Shown here: positions 41,818 through 55,959 of the stretch, one piece after another
Layout: every line of letters starts with the position of its first letter
Position numbering within the stretch: the first letter of the stretch is position 1
Assembly: GCA_964016885.1 (NCBI GenBank)
Contig: OZ024740.1
Location: forward strand, 281,976,001 to 282,040,000
Direction: 5' to 3'
DNA length: 64,000 bases
Source of the DNA: Eledone cirrhosa
Lineage: Eukaryota
Notes under the pieces: generated by a model
Seen by the model: only the letters and a program-made list of their open reading frames with translations
Database searches by the model: none
Told to the model about the DNA's origin: nothing
Program-made: the position numbers and the translations under genes

Positions 41818-42122
41818 TATTCTTTAAAGTTATTAATTGTGAATTGAAAATCAGTTAAATTTCATGTTTAATAGTAATCTGGGTAGATTCTGCCTATCTT
41901 GCTTACACAGACACGCCAATGATACATACATACACGTACATGAATGCATCTATCCTTCCATCCATCTACACATAGATAGCTACATAGATACATACATACA
42001 TAGATACATACGTACATACATACATAGATACATACATACATACAGAGTTAGATACATAGATACATACATACATATGTAGATACATACATACATACATACA
42101 TACATAGATACATACATACATA

Positions 42123-42537
42123 CATGGTGGCTGCCAAATCGTTTTCGAGTACGGCCACTACTTTATATGCATGTAGGAGAACCCCTACCGATGCACTGAA
42201 CGAGTGTGACTTTTTAGTCCAGCCAGCGACTTGAAAACTCTGGTACAAACACTAGACTCGTGACAATTACTGACACATAGTGCTGGGCCCATGGTACCAT
42301 GTGACGACAAGTGCAGAGAGATCTCCAGATATAAAGCAATGCCTGTGCCGTGAAGCTTTTATAGTGAGCAAAGGCACTGCACAAAGCCAGTCCCACTCTC
42401 TTAACCAAGATGATATTTACCAAAAAGAAGAACAAGTCAACATCATTGGATACCATCAGGGTTGCAGGTGTTATATCAGAGTTTTCCTTCTCCTAGAATT
42501 CTGCCTTGACAAAGGCTAAGGGGTCATCTTTCCCCTG
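42123..42537 (-). mobile_element. Non-autonomous RTE derivative with (TATG)n tail
   Basis: Close copy of 43143-43555; ends ...gagttggcagccaccATGTATGT-like. Confidence 0.8.
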
Positions 42538-42802
42538 ATATACATACAAACATACATACATACATACATAGATACATACATAGATACATAGATACATACA
42601 TACATAGATAAGTACATAGATATATACATACATAAATACATACATAGATACATAGATACATACAAACATACCAACATCCATCCATCTATCCATCCATACA
42701 TCCATCCATACATGCAGACACACCCACATACATACATACATGCAAACATACATACATACATACGTACGTACATAAATGCAAACATACACACATAAATACA
42801 TA

Positions 42803-43052
42803 CATGATGGCTGCCCCCTCGTTATCGAGTATGGCCATTGCATGATATAACATTATTGATAATTATTAATTAATGCTATCGTGCAATGCCTGTGAGTGAA
42901 GATTATTTTTAAAGTGAGGAAAGACTGTGCACTGAGCCAATCCCACTCTATAACCGACAGTAGCTATAACCCGAAAAGAAGAAAAGATCAACATCATCGG
43001 TAACTACTGAGCCGCAGGTTTTATGTCGGAGTTATCCTAGTTTCCTGAGTTG
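42803..43052 (-). mobile_element. Second non-autonomous RTE derivative with (TATG)n tail
   Basis: Reverse-complement homolog of 58595-58850; tail tactcgataacgaggggcagccatcATGTATGT. Confidence 0.75.
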
Positions 43053-43142
43053 CATCCATCCACCCACACACACACAAACACACACACATACATACATACA
43101 TACATACATACATACATACATACATAGATACATATATACATA

Positions 43143-43752
43143 CATGGTGGCTGCCAACTCGTTTTCGAGTACGGCCACTACTTTATATCCATGTAGGAGA
43201 ACTCCTACCGATGCGCTGAACGAGTGTGACTTTTTAGTCCAGCCAGCGACTTGAAAACTCTGGTACAAACACTACACTTGTGACAATTATTGACACATAG
43301 TGCTGGGCCCATGGTACTATGTGACGCAAGTGCAGAGAGATCTCCAGATATAAAGCAATGCCTGTGCCGTGAAGCTTTTATAGTGAGCAAAGGCACCGCA
43401 CAAAGCCAGTCCCACTCTCTTAACCAAGATGATATTTACCAAAAAGAAGAACAAGTCAACATCATTGGATACCATCAGGGTTGCAGGTGTTAAATCAGAG
43501 TTTTCCTTCTCCTAGAATTCTGCCTTGACAAAGGCTAAGGGGTCATCTCTCCCAGTGATTTTGGATGGCCATTGACTCTTAAGAGCTCCTTTGCCCTTTG
43601 ACAGGTTTTGTTTTTAGTCCTGCAGGATGTCCAAAGTCACCCTCCTCACCAAGAAACCTTGGTGGGGTTGCCAGTTTAGTCGCCAACGACCCGACCATGA
43701 GACAGGTTGTACTGGGATACATGTTACCAGTAGCACCAACTGGTGACTTGAC
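43143..43752 (-). mobile_element. Non-autonomous RTE derivative (5' UTR fused to C2H2 3' end)
   Basis: 5' part matches 6706-6888; contains ctaggagaaggaaaactctgattt; 3' remnant HKCSVCTRVFKSLAGLKSHTRSAHR; (TATG)n tail. Confidence 0.8.
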
Positions 43753-43951
43753 ATACATACATACATACATACATACATACATACATACATACATACATAC
43801 ATACATACATACATACAAACTTCCATCCATCCATCCATACATGCAGACACACATACCTACATATATACATGCAAACGTATATACATTCAAACATACATAC
43901 ATAAATACATTCATACGTACGTACATAAATACATACATACGTACATACATA

Positions 43952-45005
43952 AATTACAAGTACAATCCATTAATGGAACAGTAAAAATATGTAAAACCTT
44001 CCAAACATTTTGCATTTAATAACTGCATATACACATGTACAGATACAAAACATATACACCTGCACACATACAATTCAAAACATCCACATCCACACATACA
44101 ATAACATCCATATCTACACACGCATGCATACATATCTACCTAGTTGATGTTGTGTAAATTCCAATGAGAGAGTCTTGTGTCTATGTTAGAAACCGACTCT
44201 CTCTCTATTGGTAAAACTTTGTGAAATTATAAAACCAGAAGAACATACATACATAAAAAAGATAACCCCGATAATAAACACATTAAAAGCTACAACAATG
44301 TGGAAGACATCCATGTACATAATATAAAAGAGTACTGGTGGAATGTTCCAGTAAAAACCCCAATAAATTGCAGGCATAACAGACCAGATATTATGATATG
44401 GGAGAAGAAAACTTGCACAGTAGTGGAAATTAGCTGCCCAGCAGATGCCAATATAATATCAAAGATTAGTGAAAAGGAGAATATTTATGCAGAACTGATG
44501 AGAAATCTGCAGATACTCCACCCTGATTTCATCTTCAGATTTATGCCTGTGATTGTTGGGGAACTGGGATATGTTAGTAACTGCCTCAATACAAATCTTG
44601 AGAAGCTAGGCTTCACAGAAACAGAAAGAACACAACTAGTTAGGAAATTACAAGTACAATCCAATAATGGAACAGTAAAAATATGTAAAACATTCCAAAC
44701 ATTTTGCATCTAATCATATACACATGTACAGATACAAAGCATATACACATGCACACATACAACTCAAAACATCCACATCCACACATACAATAACATCCAT
44801 ATCTACACATGCATGCATACATACATATCTACCTAGTTGATGTTGTGTAAATTCCAATGAGAGAGTCTTGTGTCTATGTTAGAAACCGACTCTCTCTCTC
44901 TATTGGTAAAACTTTGTGAAATTATAAAACCAGAAGAACATACATACATACATACATACATACATACATACTATACATACATACATACATACATACATAC
45001 ATACA

Positions 45006-45036
<31 letters not shown>

Positions 45037-45144
45037 CTACCTAGTTGATGTTGTGTAAATTCCAATGAGAGAGTCTTGTGTCTATGTTAGAAACCGACTC
45101 TCTCTCTATTGGTAAAACTTTGTGAAATTATAAAACCAGAAGAA
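43952..45144 (+). mobile_element. Three tandem 5'-truncated copies of an R4/Dong-like LINE
   Basis: Copies ~43952-44243, ~44254-44938 (RLE domain CRHNRPDIMIW..VVEISCP...K...Y..L...PVIVG.LG) and ~45030-45144. Each ends gaaattataaaaccagaagaa followed by (CATA)n. Confidence 0.88.
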
Positions 45145-45164
45145 CATACATACATACATACAAA

Positions 45165-45452
45165 TCTCTCTAATGTCTGTTTCGAGCCAGAAGGCTCATC
45201 AGCTTCGTGCTTATCCCGGTTTCGTAAGCATGAAGCGACTGAGAGTACAAGAGTCCCCCTTAGACAGGACGCCGATCCATCGCAGGGTTAAACACCCAGT
45301 TATTGCTGGTACTCATTTTTTCAACTGAGTATACTGGAGCAACGTGAAACGAAATATTTTTCCTCCAGAACGCAATACACAACCCAACCCAGGAATCGAA
45401 CCACGACATTATGATTGTAAGTTCAACGTCCTTAGTACTAGACCACGCCCCA
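45165..45452 (-). mobile_element. CORE-type SINE (family 2)
   Basis: Reverse-complement homolog of 52266-52540. Confidence 0.8.
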
Positions 45453-45477
45453 CCACACACACACACATACACACACA

Positions 45478-45591
<114 letters not shown>

Positions 45592-45635
45592 AGAGTAAAA
45601 CAAAGAAGCCTTCAATACATCAAAAGTCTTTATTA

Positions 45636-45673
45636 GCCGACAATGTTTCGTCCTATTAAGGACTCATCAGGGC
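45636..45673 (-). ncRNA. Canonical-core minimal hammerhead ribozyme
   Basis: Reverse complement GCC CTGATGA GTCCT taat AGGAC GAAAC ATT GTC GGC, then tAATAAA. Confidence 0.85.
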
Positions 45674-46333
45674 AATTAAAACAACAAGAAGTAATATCGG
45701 CAGATACAAGCCGATATATATATATATATATAAATATATATATATTTCAGGGCTAGCACAAAGCAAATGAAAATACATAGGTGATATAGGTTATATTAAA
45801 CGGTTAACATTTCAGAGATGAAACCCAAACAATTTAACAGACAAAACTAATTAACAGACAAATAGCTTCGGAAACAGGTATGCTGAAACAAAAAAACAAA
45901 AAAAAACAAAAAACACTCGGCTATCGTAGTTAGAAATTCTAACTTCCCTAGTGCCAGTCCATTTATTCAAAACAGCCCAAATTTGCCAAAAGGTATGCTA
46001 AAAAAAAAAAAAAAAAAAAAACCCGGCTGTCATAGATAGTAACTCTTGCTTCCGTAGAACCAGTTGATTTATTCAAAGCAGACAAAATCTGCCTTAGAAC
46101 AGAAACATAATATCGTAAACAAACTCCTGGATTCAAACCGTCACCATTACCATCACATAACACCCATATATATAACTTAACGAAACTATGCAGTTAGAGA
46201 TGACTATAATCTACATGTAACTTCAAAACAATTTACAATAGCATTTTACGAAGGATCTTTCTATATTTTCGAAACTTTCTATAAACACCAGACCAACAAG
46301 GTATTCCAAACTGATCTCAGTCTTAATAATACA

Positions 46334-46364
<31 letters not shown>

Positions 46365-46715
46365 CTTCTTCTCCCCCCCCCATCCTCCTCCTCCTTCACC
46401 CCCCATCCTTCTTCTCCCCCCCCATCCTCCTCCTCCTTCACCCCCCATCCTTCTTCTTCTCCCCCTCCTACTGCTTCTTATCCCCCCTTCTCCCCTCCTA
46501 CTGCTTATTATCCCCCTCCCCCACCCCTCCTTTGCCTACTTATTCTCGAGTGGTCTGTGGGGGGTACTCTATGAACACATGTGATACAATACATTGGATA
46601 ATCAATGTATGTCAATATAGAGTATCAGTCACTCTAAAATATAACTTAGGAGATTCCACCAGAGCACGTAGGATGGGGAAACAATAATTGCATGCGTCAC
46701 AGAATTGGTGGTTTA

Positions 46716-46989
46716 CGGGGGTCGACTGAAAAGTCCATAGATGAAAAAATCATAGGGTGATTAAGTTACTCTCATGGAATGATCAAATGACGTTTATTTT
46801 TCAACAAAGTTCACATGCTGACTAAGATACTCTCATGGAATGATCAAATGATATTTATTTTTCAACATAGTCTCTGGAAAGAAACAATGCAATTATTAAT
46901 AAGAAGAGTTGAAATTAACACATGCAAGATTTTACATCCTTACCATCAGTCCTTCATAGTCAGCCTATGAACTTTTCAGCCGACCCTTG
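46716..46989. mobile_element. Mariner-like MITE
   Basis: TA|CGGGGGTCGACTGAAAAGTCCATAG ... CTATGAACTTTTCAGCCGACCCTTG|TA, with an internal ~40 bp duplication. Confidence 0.75.
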
Positions 46990-47536
46990 TAGAGGTCATA
47001 AAGTGTACTATGCACAATTATATCCCTGTATATATACATATTTCATGAAATGCTGACTTAAAAAGATGTATGAAGATTCTCCACTTTAAATTAGCGAATG
47101 GAAATTAATAACTTTATAACCTGAACTGATCTCGTTGAATGAAAATGTTCATCTATATATACATTTGAGCGACATCCGTCCGTCCTTCCACCACACAATG
47201 TGTGTGTGTGCGTATGTATGTGTGTTTGTGTGAATGTATGCGTGTGTAAAAGGAAAGAGGGGGTGGTGAAAGAATCTATAGCAAAACAGCGGCTGGCGTT
47301 CCATTTGCTACGCTGTGTGTGAGTGTATGTGTATGCGTGTTTTTGTGTAAATATATGTGTTAGTGTGTGTTTGTGTGAATGTGTGTCTGTGAGTGTGTAT
47401 ATTTTTAAGTGTGTCTGTGTTCCAGCGGTTATATTTATATACTCATACATATAAATGAGTATAACATCCCGCCCTGCTTTGCATTTGTGGATTATGAGAT
47501 GGTTTTTGACTCCATTGAGTTCACTCACTGTTGACG

Positions 47537-48545
47537 GCACTAGAGAACCAAGGAGTCGACCCTGCCTATATCAACCTCTTGCGAGATCTCTACAATGGTG
47601 CAACATCAACGCTGAAGCTTCACAGAGACAGCGAAAAAATCAAGTTGGAAAGAGGAGTGAGGCAAGGTGACAATATCTCACCAAGGCTTTTTACGTCATG
47701 TCTGCAAGATGCCATCTTGAAAAGGATTCAGTGAGAAGACAGAGGAATTAAGATCGATGGTGAGTGTCTCTGTCATGTAGACTTCGCAGACGACATTATT
47801 TAAACAGCACACTCATCCAAGGAGCTAGAAACCATACTGGCAGACATCCACACAAGTCAACCAGTTGGACTGAATATGCACCTAGGAAAGAGCAAGGTAA
47901 TGTTCAACACATGCCACAGCAGCACCTATCTCCGTCAATGGCAAGATCATTGAGGGATTAGACAGCTATGTTTACTTAGGGAAGATGGTGACAAAGGATG
48001 ACGACCTTCTCCGGGACATTAAGAGAAGAATCACGCTTGGATAGATGGCCTTCGAAAAGGTATATATAACATCATGAAGAGTCCCAAGGCCACCATGAGA
48101 ATAAAGCAGAAAATCTTCAACAAGCACATCTTGCCAGTGATGATGTGTGGAAGTGAAACCTGGGCACTGAATGACACCATGAAGAACATACTCAATGTCA
48201 CCCAGCGAAGATAGAGCGCATTATGTTGGGTATCACGCTTTGTGACAAGAAGAACACTTGGATCTGACACCAAACTGGAGTCAGCGACACAATAACAACC
48301 ATCAAGACGAATAAACACAGATAGGCTGGCCACATCTGGCGACTCAGTGACAACAGATGGACGAGCAGAGGTCAGAGTGGACACCAAGAAAATGGACAAG
48401 ATCAAAAAGACAGCCAAGGGCAAGATGGCGAGACAAATTTACCAACCACCTGGGATCCTCATGGCCAAGACTAGCAAGGGACAGAGGTCGGTGGAAGGTG
48501 TCCAGAGAGAAGTTCCTCCTCCCTGAGTAATTTCAAGACCCTGGA
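47537..48545 (+). mobile_element. RTE-clade LINE, 5'-truncated RT and 3' end
   Basis: ALENQGVDPAYINLL..LY...IKLERGVRQGDNISPRLF, FADDI, YVYLG, ILPVM.CGSETW, AGHI. Decayed. Confidence 0.88.
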
Positions 48546-49323
48546 TCAGGACATATAAATGCATGCATATGCACATACACACATGCACACACATATACAC
48601 ACACATGCGTCGTCGTATTGAAAATATTCCTAGTTACCAAAGAAATCATGAAAATAGCAACATCACTGACCACAAATTTGTCTCAAACATGCACGCTGTA
48701 TAATTGAAAGCTAAAAAATAAAACATGTATGTCAAAAGGGATCTTTCCCAAGATAATTCAAAATCATTTTGAAAAGGAGGGTTTCAACTATAATACATCA
48801 TGGCGTAGGTTATGAATTCACCTTTAACCCGATAATTACATATAAGCCAGGTCCGAATACAATGGAACCAAACTCCCACTATCACTGCATCCGTCTCTCC
48901 TGCTCTCCCCATCTCACTATTATGAGCAAACGTGGGCCCACGCACTGGGACCGAATTCAATCAGGAATGAATAATGTAACAACATCGACAATAAAGTAGT
49001 AAACAGACGTTATCGATTTTGAAACTTTCAATAAAGTATAAGGAATTTGCATAATGGAAAGGCACGGGGGAAAAGTTGTTTATATTCTACAGCAAGACAC
49101 TCACGTACAACTTTAAAAGAACAACGCAAGACCAAAATATCATATGAATTTGACTTTCCATAGCATGATAATTTTTTGTTAATGGAATAACGAACATAAG
49201 GGATACACCCATGACTTTCATAGGCTCGCCGAGGCTGGTGACATCGATGCAGTTTAAATTAACTCTGAACAACTTCAAATCGATAAATGTATAAATCGCA
49301 TGATTGGGGAGTGTAATGTAGAG

Positions 49324-49526
49324 CAGGCATGCCATACATGAGGCTCGCAGGCCGCATGCGGCTCTTTACAAGCACACCTGCGGCCTGCACAAAGGTTTTT
49401 ACAGCGCGAGCGTAATATAAAATAAAAAATAGTTGTAATGTGCACAATTAGTTGTCATGTGTGGCCCTCAGACAACACATATGTGATCCATGTGTCCCTC
49501 GGGGGACCCTCAGTTTGACATGTCTG
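49324..49526. mobile_element. hAT MITE with perfect 8-bp TSD
   Basis: TIRs CAGGCATGCCATAC / GTTTGACATGTCTG; ATGTAGAG at 49316-49323 and 49527-49534. Confidence 0.85.
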
Positions 49527-50778
49527 ATGTAGAGAATTGACGTCTGGGGAAAGAAGGTTTGGAGAAATTAACTAGTGCGGGGTCTGGAGAAGGAGACAAA
49601 ATTAGTGACGTGGAGGGAAAGACGAATATGTCAAGTGAGCTTGGGTTGTATGCATCCAGCAATGATGAACAGACGACATTGTAGTAGCAGAAGAAAATAC
49701 AGAACGAGAAGACAAAGTGTCACTGGGTTAGATGTTGTGAGTGGATTCATGTCAACCAGTCATAAGAATGTTTCAAAATGCTGCATAAGTTGTTCTTATG
49801 TCTAGCAATTCAGCACTGTTGGAAGATAAAGTATTTTCAGATCAACAACAATTGTAAAACATGTTTATGTCCAGATGAAGCAGATAATTTTGATATGTTG
49901 CAATTGTAAACTGTTTTCTAATCCTTTGCAGTGTATGTTTGCCGTGAATGATCTAGGTTGTATGTGGATGACAACTGTATACGGAGGCTTAGGAAGGAGT
50001 GAAGGATAATATTATCTGCATAAGAGTGGGCGTTGTTAGCAGTGACGGGAAAATGTCCTTCATAAAGAGCAAGAACATTTTTTTTATTTATTTTTATTTA
50101 TTTTTTGGGAGAGGCGGGGAGTGAAAATTGGAGTAGACCAGAATTGATATTGTGAATCTGATATGAATCTGACAGGAAGTCTGCTTTCAATTCAGGCAGC
50201 TAAAGACGGGTAGAGCTCAATGGCAGGCAGCTTAATGTTGATGCGAAGTGGAATGACATGATCTATGCCAAATTTCTCATAAGCCTTTATGGCTTTATGT
50301 AAATAATAATATTGGTACTTAAGGAGATAGAGGGCAGAGAAAGAACACTTCAAACCAACAAAGTCACCGGTCGTGGTTGATTTTTACATTTGCCAAACTC
50401 TTCAATATCTCTCTCCTATTGGTTTGAAATGGACGTAGGGATTTTGTACGTGGTAGAAGAAAAATACATTTTTGAGGGATTTAGCTTAGTGCTTGTGGTG
50501 TATAACAAATGTAAAGGCTTGTTCTACGGGAGAACTATTTACGGAGCCATCATGGTTGAAGAGTAGAGACTGGAGAATTCAGCAAAGTATGTAGAGTCCC
50601 TATTGGCATGGATCTAAAATGATGAGCAGCAGGTTGGGAAGCAGGAGATATTGTGAGCCCTACTTTCCACAAATACAATATTCGCATTTTGGTAGCCCAA
50701 TTTCGAAGGGTGGACTACTGTGATAAAGACGCTCATGTACCAGGATGTGAAATTAAGCCGCCGGATGGTGTGTTGGAA

Positions 50779-50811
50779 CTACTACTACTACTACTACTGC
50801 TGCTACTGCTA

Positions 50812-50849
<38 letters not shown>

Positions 50850-50934
50850 ACTACTACTGCTACTACTACTGCTGCTGCTGCTACTACTACTGCTGCTGCT
50901 GCTACTACTACTACTACTGCTACTGCTGCTGCTG

Positions 50935-50975
<41 letters not shown>

Positions 50976-50997
50976 GCTACTGCTGCTGCTGCTGCTG

Positions 50998-51059
<62 letters not shown>

Positions 51060-51170
51060 ACTACTACTACTACTACCACTACTACTACTACTACTGCTAC
51101 TGCTGCCGCTGCTGCTGCTGCTACTACTACTACTACTACTGCTACTGCTGCTGCTGCTGCTGTTGCTGCT
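50779..51170. repeat. Compound (CTA/CTG)n trinucleotide array
   Basis: Direct reading. Confidence 0.97.
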
Positions 51171-51706
51171 GATAAAATTCGACATTTAAGTTTTTACTAT
51201 AGTTATTATCTAAATTTCAATCATGGGCTTTAATTTTTCAGTTAGAAACACCCATTTTCATTATATGAAGATTTTAAAAATTACATGTTTGAACCAAACT
51301 ACATACTGATTGAATTATAATGTAAGATATATTAAGTATTTCACAGATATTCATATTCGTAACTTAATTGTCAAGCAGTATCAGTTCGACTCTATGTATG
51401 TTTTCGTCTCCACAAACTCACTTATGTGGTTTAGGTCAACTGTTTAAGATCAATCGCAATGAGATAGAATATTGGACTTAATAAACTTCGGCCACGACTG
51501 CGTTCGTACATATATACAGACATACACTCACACACAGTTGTTGCATGTATGTATTCACACGTATGTAAGCATATATACACTTACTAATGTACATATATGT
51601 AATGATATTCATATACCATGCACATTCGTTAAAAAATACGTATAACGTGTGAGGGGGTCGGTTTAAAGTAAATTGTTCAAGGTAAAGATTAATATCACAC
51701 ACACAC

Positions 51707-51751
<45 letters not shown>

Positions 51752-51829
51752 TGCGAGCAATGAATCTTGATGTAGATTTAACCCCCAAAACTCTTTCCGA
51801 ACTATATAAGGAACACTTGTGATTATTTA

Positions 51830-51870
51830 TGCCCTTGAGAAGCCCAACTGGGCGAAACGTACGTAGGTGA
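51830..51870 (+). ncRNA. Variant-core minimal hammerhead motif
   Basis: TGCC CTTGAGAA GCCCA ac TGGGC GAAAC GTAC GTA GGTG, with AATAAA downstream. The core deviates from CTGANGA. Confidence 0.5.
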
Positions 51871-51923
51871 TATTTTAAATAAACATGTTTTAACGGTCTA
51901 TTCTCCGATTTTTACTTTCCCAC

Positions 51924-51973
<50 letters not shown>

Positions 51974-51974
<1 letters not shown>

Positions 51975-52074
51975 AAATAACAGATTAAAGTTTAAGCAAA
52001 GAATCGCTGCTTTCACCCTTAACGGGATCTTCTGAAAGCAGCGATTCTTTGCTTAAACATTAATCTGTTATTTT
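51974..52074. repeat. Fold-back palindrome next to (TA)n
   Basis: 51974-52015 versus 52033-52074. The downstream 52078-52132 matches 40571-40625 in reverse complement. Confidence 0.85.
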
Positions 52075-52169
52075 AATAAATATTTGCTCTACGGTTCTTA
52101 TATATTTGATATATATTTATCCTTATTGAGCCCTCTTTGGATTTTAGTCTTCAAATTTATTATTATTAC

Positions 52170-52253
<84 letters not shown>

Positions 52254-52265
52254 CGTGTGTGTGTG

Positions 52266-52539
52266 TGGAGGCACGTGGCCTAGTGGTGAGGGTGCTGGAC
52301 TTACGATCATAATGTGGGTTCGATACCTGGGTTGCGTGTTGTGTTCTTGAGCAAAACACTTCATTTCACGTTGTTCTAGTATACTCACCTGAAAATGAGT
52401 ACATGCAATAACTGGATGTTTAACCCTGCGATGGACTGGCGCTCTATGGGGGGGGGGCTTGTACTCTCAGTCGCTTCACGCCATGAAACCGGGATAAGCA
52501 CCGGCCAGATGAGCCTTCTGGCTTAAGACAGACTTTAGA

Positions 52540-52540
<1 letters not shown>
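52266..52540 (+). mobile_element. CORE-type SINE (family 2)
   Basis: TGGCCTAGTGG A-box, GGTTCGATACC B-box and tgttcttgagcaaaacactt CORE-like segment. Confidence 0.82.
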
Positions 52541-52587
<47 letters not shown>

Positions 52588-52878
52588 ATGATATGATATA
52601 GGCAAATATACGCAATGTACGCTTAACATGAAATAGTAACAAAAATATACTGTAAACATCACATAACTGTATAAAACATAAATATATATTTCATAACATT
52701 TTTTAACATTACTGTATGTAAAACAATTTAATACTGGATATTGTTAATCATCAAAGATAATCTTCAAAACTACCAAACACTCGCTTAGACATTCTCGATG
52801 CCCTTATTATTATTAGATATCTTGAATGTCTACATAAAAACGTTGTGATTTTGGTCTTTTTTCTTTATCTCATTGAAA

Positions 52879-53190
52879 GGCGGCGAATTGGCAGAGTCGT
52901 TAGAACGTCGGATAAAATGCTTTATGGTATTCATTCTGGCTCTCTGCGTTCAAATCCCGCCGAGGTCAACTTTACTTTTCATTCTTTCTTTCGAGGTGGA
53001 TAAAAAAGTACCAGTCTAGTATTGGGACTGATTCTTTTTCTATATTTCATTCTCATTTCCTCTCTCTCACTTTTTATCTTTCTCTGGAAGAAATCTACTG
53101 TACTCGGGTCTGGAGAGTAATGGGCTCCGCCAGCCATAAAATTCCCAAGAAACGCCGTATGTCAATACGGCGCCTCTACGACTCTATCAG
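52879..53190 (+). mobile_element. Family-1 SINE with alternative 3' tail
   Basis: Homologous to 25796-26075 along its length. Confidence 0.75.
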
Positions 53191-53310
53191 GAATTATGGG
53201 GCCATGCATACATTATCTCATTGATAAGGTTACGGCTCTCTTTGTCATAAGCTTCATTAACCAAGTCAATTCTGCATCCAAATTCCTATTCCTATTCTTA
53301 AATATTGATT

Positions 53311-53440
53311 TCTAATTTAGGCACAAGGCCAGAAATTTGGGAAAAGCAAAAGTTAAGTAAATCAACCCCAGATTTTGTATAGTATAATTTAGTGACCCCT
53401 GGAGGATGAAAAGTAATGTTGATCTTGACAGAATTTCTTG
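53311..53440 (-). mobile_element. Family-1 SINE 3' fragment
   Basis: ttctaatttaggcacaaggccag...gacccc..aggatgaaa. Confidence 0.6.
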
Positions 53441-55959
53441 GCCTTTCTTAAGTTACTGCCAAGCCAATACCCTTTCCTTACATAATGCCAAACGTCTCTT
53501 GAGAAAAGTTTTTGTTGGCGAACTCCAAGCTATGGTCGTCTATAGCTTCTGAATGGTAGCGTTCATTGCCTTTGGGAAGATCAATTTTGCTTGCTGCCAC
53601 AAATCTGTGATCAGCTAACACTCGTTTCTTTGTGCTCCACTTCATCATTGGTATTAGTTGTTCTGCAACCGCTCGATGACATTTAAAGAAGCAGATGACG
53701 TAGAGATCAAGTGTATCAATCCTTCGAAGCTTGTGACTACTACGTACCAAACCCTGAAATATAGGGTTTGAATATTTTTGTCGTACAAAGTCATTCCTTT
53801 TGTGGTGGGAACCAGGACTATACATCTTTCTAAAGGACAACTTGTTATGTATATTCTTAACATATTTGCAGTTGACCCTCACATCTGAAAGCCATTCCTG
53901 GGAACTCAGTACAACTAGAGATTTATTTGACCCATATGTGGTGCTTTAACAGATAGTACCACCCCGGTTTAAAGTGGACCTATGAGTAATGATAACGAGG
54001 GGGTGACATTACACTCCTCAGAACGCCAGAACCGGAGCTTTACTACCGGATACAGTTTAGTGTCATACGCAAAGTAGGTATTGCAGGTTACGGATCTATC
54101 GAGAAAAATTGAATCAGGTGATCTACCAATCTTATTAAAAAGAAAAGATAGGGAAGATCCCAAGATTGATAGCATGAAAAGAATGAAGAACTACTGGGAT
54201 GTAAAATACCCGAAAGACTCAAACCTCATTGTGAAGCAACTGCACCGGAAAGCCATATTCGTTGTGGAAAAGTATTCTACTTTAACCAGCAAGACCAGCC
54301 ACCAATCGCATAACGCTCAAAGGAACCAACATCTCTGAAAAAATTCCTCAAAACACGATCTACAACCGAAGGAAAAAAGTAACAATAATAAGAGACTGAA
54401 CTACCGGACGTAATTGCACAAACATGGAGTAGCAACTTTTGAACATACTGAACAAGTGAATATTACAAACAACTTAAAAGAAAGATCACATCTTCAGCTA
54501 TTTATTTCGAAAAGACACTAAATGAAAGAAGAATTATGACACGAGAGGATAAGAAACTTACTGACTTGATATACGTGATTAAGTTACTAAAGAACTTCTT
54601 GTAAAAATTGAAACTCCCATCTTTCGCACATATTGTGTTCTGTTACAGAAAACATTCACCAACAAATGAGAGTAACATAGTTTGACTTAAACGCAAACAC
54701 TTTCCCAAGGAAAAATTGCTAAAGTGCAAAAATAAGGAAACAAAAATAAAATGGACAATTGTATACTATCATCAGATGCAAATTGAATAGGAAATTCAAG
54801 AACTGCCTGTTGCGACTCTACGATAGACCATCCAATGTGTTTGGGATCTGCTAATGTGAGACACTCACATGTAAACTGATTATCCTTGACCATGCACAAC
54901 GAGCGGTAAGGAGAAAACTTCGTTATCATAAGAAACTCGAAGAACGCGAGACTATAAACCGTAAATTTGAACAAAACCTACAAACAGTGGATCGCAGCAT
55001 AAAAGACCATACCTGTAGGTTTGTAACTACACTTCTTCTAAGATGATCCAGAGTAATACCAGGGAAAATTTTTAATGTAATGAAACAAAGAACCATAATG
55101 TAGGACGTTTAACTGAGCTGTACAGTGAATAGTGTTCATATACACTCTTGGTCGCCAAGGAGAAATTTCTAATGTGATCTCTTTAGGCTTGCGTCTATAT
55201 TTCAGAAATTTCCCCCTCCTACCATTTTTTCTTCCATCATCTAGTGATCCGTTAAACACCATCCTTCAGCTTAATGTATTCGATTCGTAAGCAATGCTTG
55301 GCTTTGTTACTAAGCTAAGCATAAAAAGCTGCGTTTTTTTCTCACACCAGATTACATTTTGTCTCTGTATGGTATTCGAAACAGTATTGGTTGCTGGTTT
55401 TTCTACCCTATGTATTTCAATCTCTCTGCAGCTGTCTATGATATAAAGATTTTCAAATTTATGATTTACATCAGCATGGTTATAGATCACTTCAGTAGAA
55501 TTTCCACATACATGCACACGTACATACATACACTCATACATACTTGCAAACACACATACATACATACATACATACATACATACATACATACATACATACA
55601 TACATACATACATACATACATACATACATACATGCGTGCATATATGGTGACTGCTTCATCTTTACAGATGATTGCCGTCTCCTTGTGTACCTCTATCACC
55701 ATCTTCACCACTAATTATTGGTGACCTTTCAGATAGCTTTTCAATCGAGCTGCAGACCTACATGCTTTGCAATAAACACAACAGACAAAAGATTTGCTCT
55801 CCACTGGATAGATTGTGTCAGTTTGTGGGATGTTAGCTTTTTGTACTCTGCCTTTTGAAACCAGAAATTGATTAGCAGATATTTCTACTCAAGATACATG
55901 TTCTCTTACCTGGTCGTGGGGTGGAGGAGAGTGTTGTGTGCAGTTCGTCTTTAATGTGA

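Noticed and set aside
49540-50750. Possible decayed APE-type LINE on the minus strand
   Set aside because: Only faint motif hints; cannot be supported without a homology search.
50653-51189. Poly-Leu, poly-Ser, poly-Val/Ala and Tyr/Cys ORFs
   Set aside because: Translation of the CTA/CTG array; no exon signals or unique coding context.
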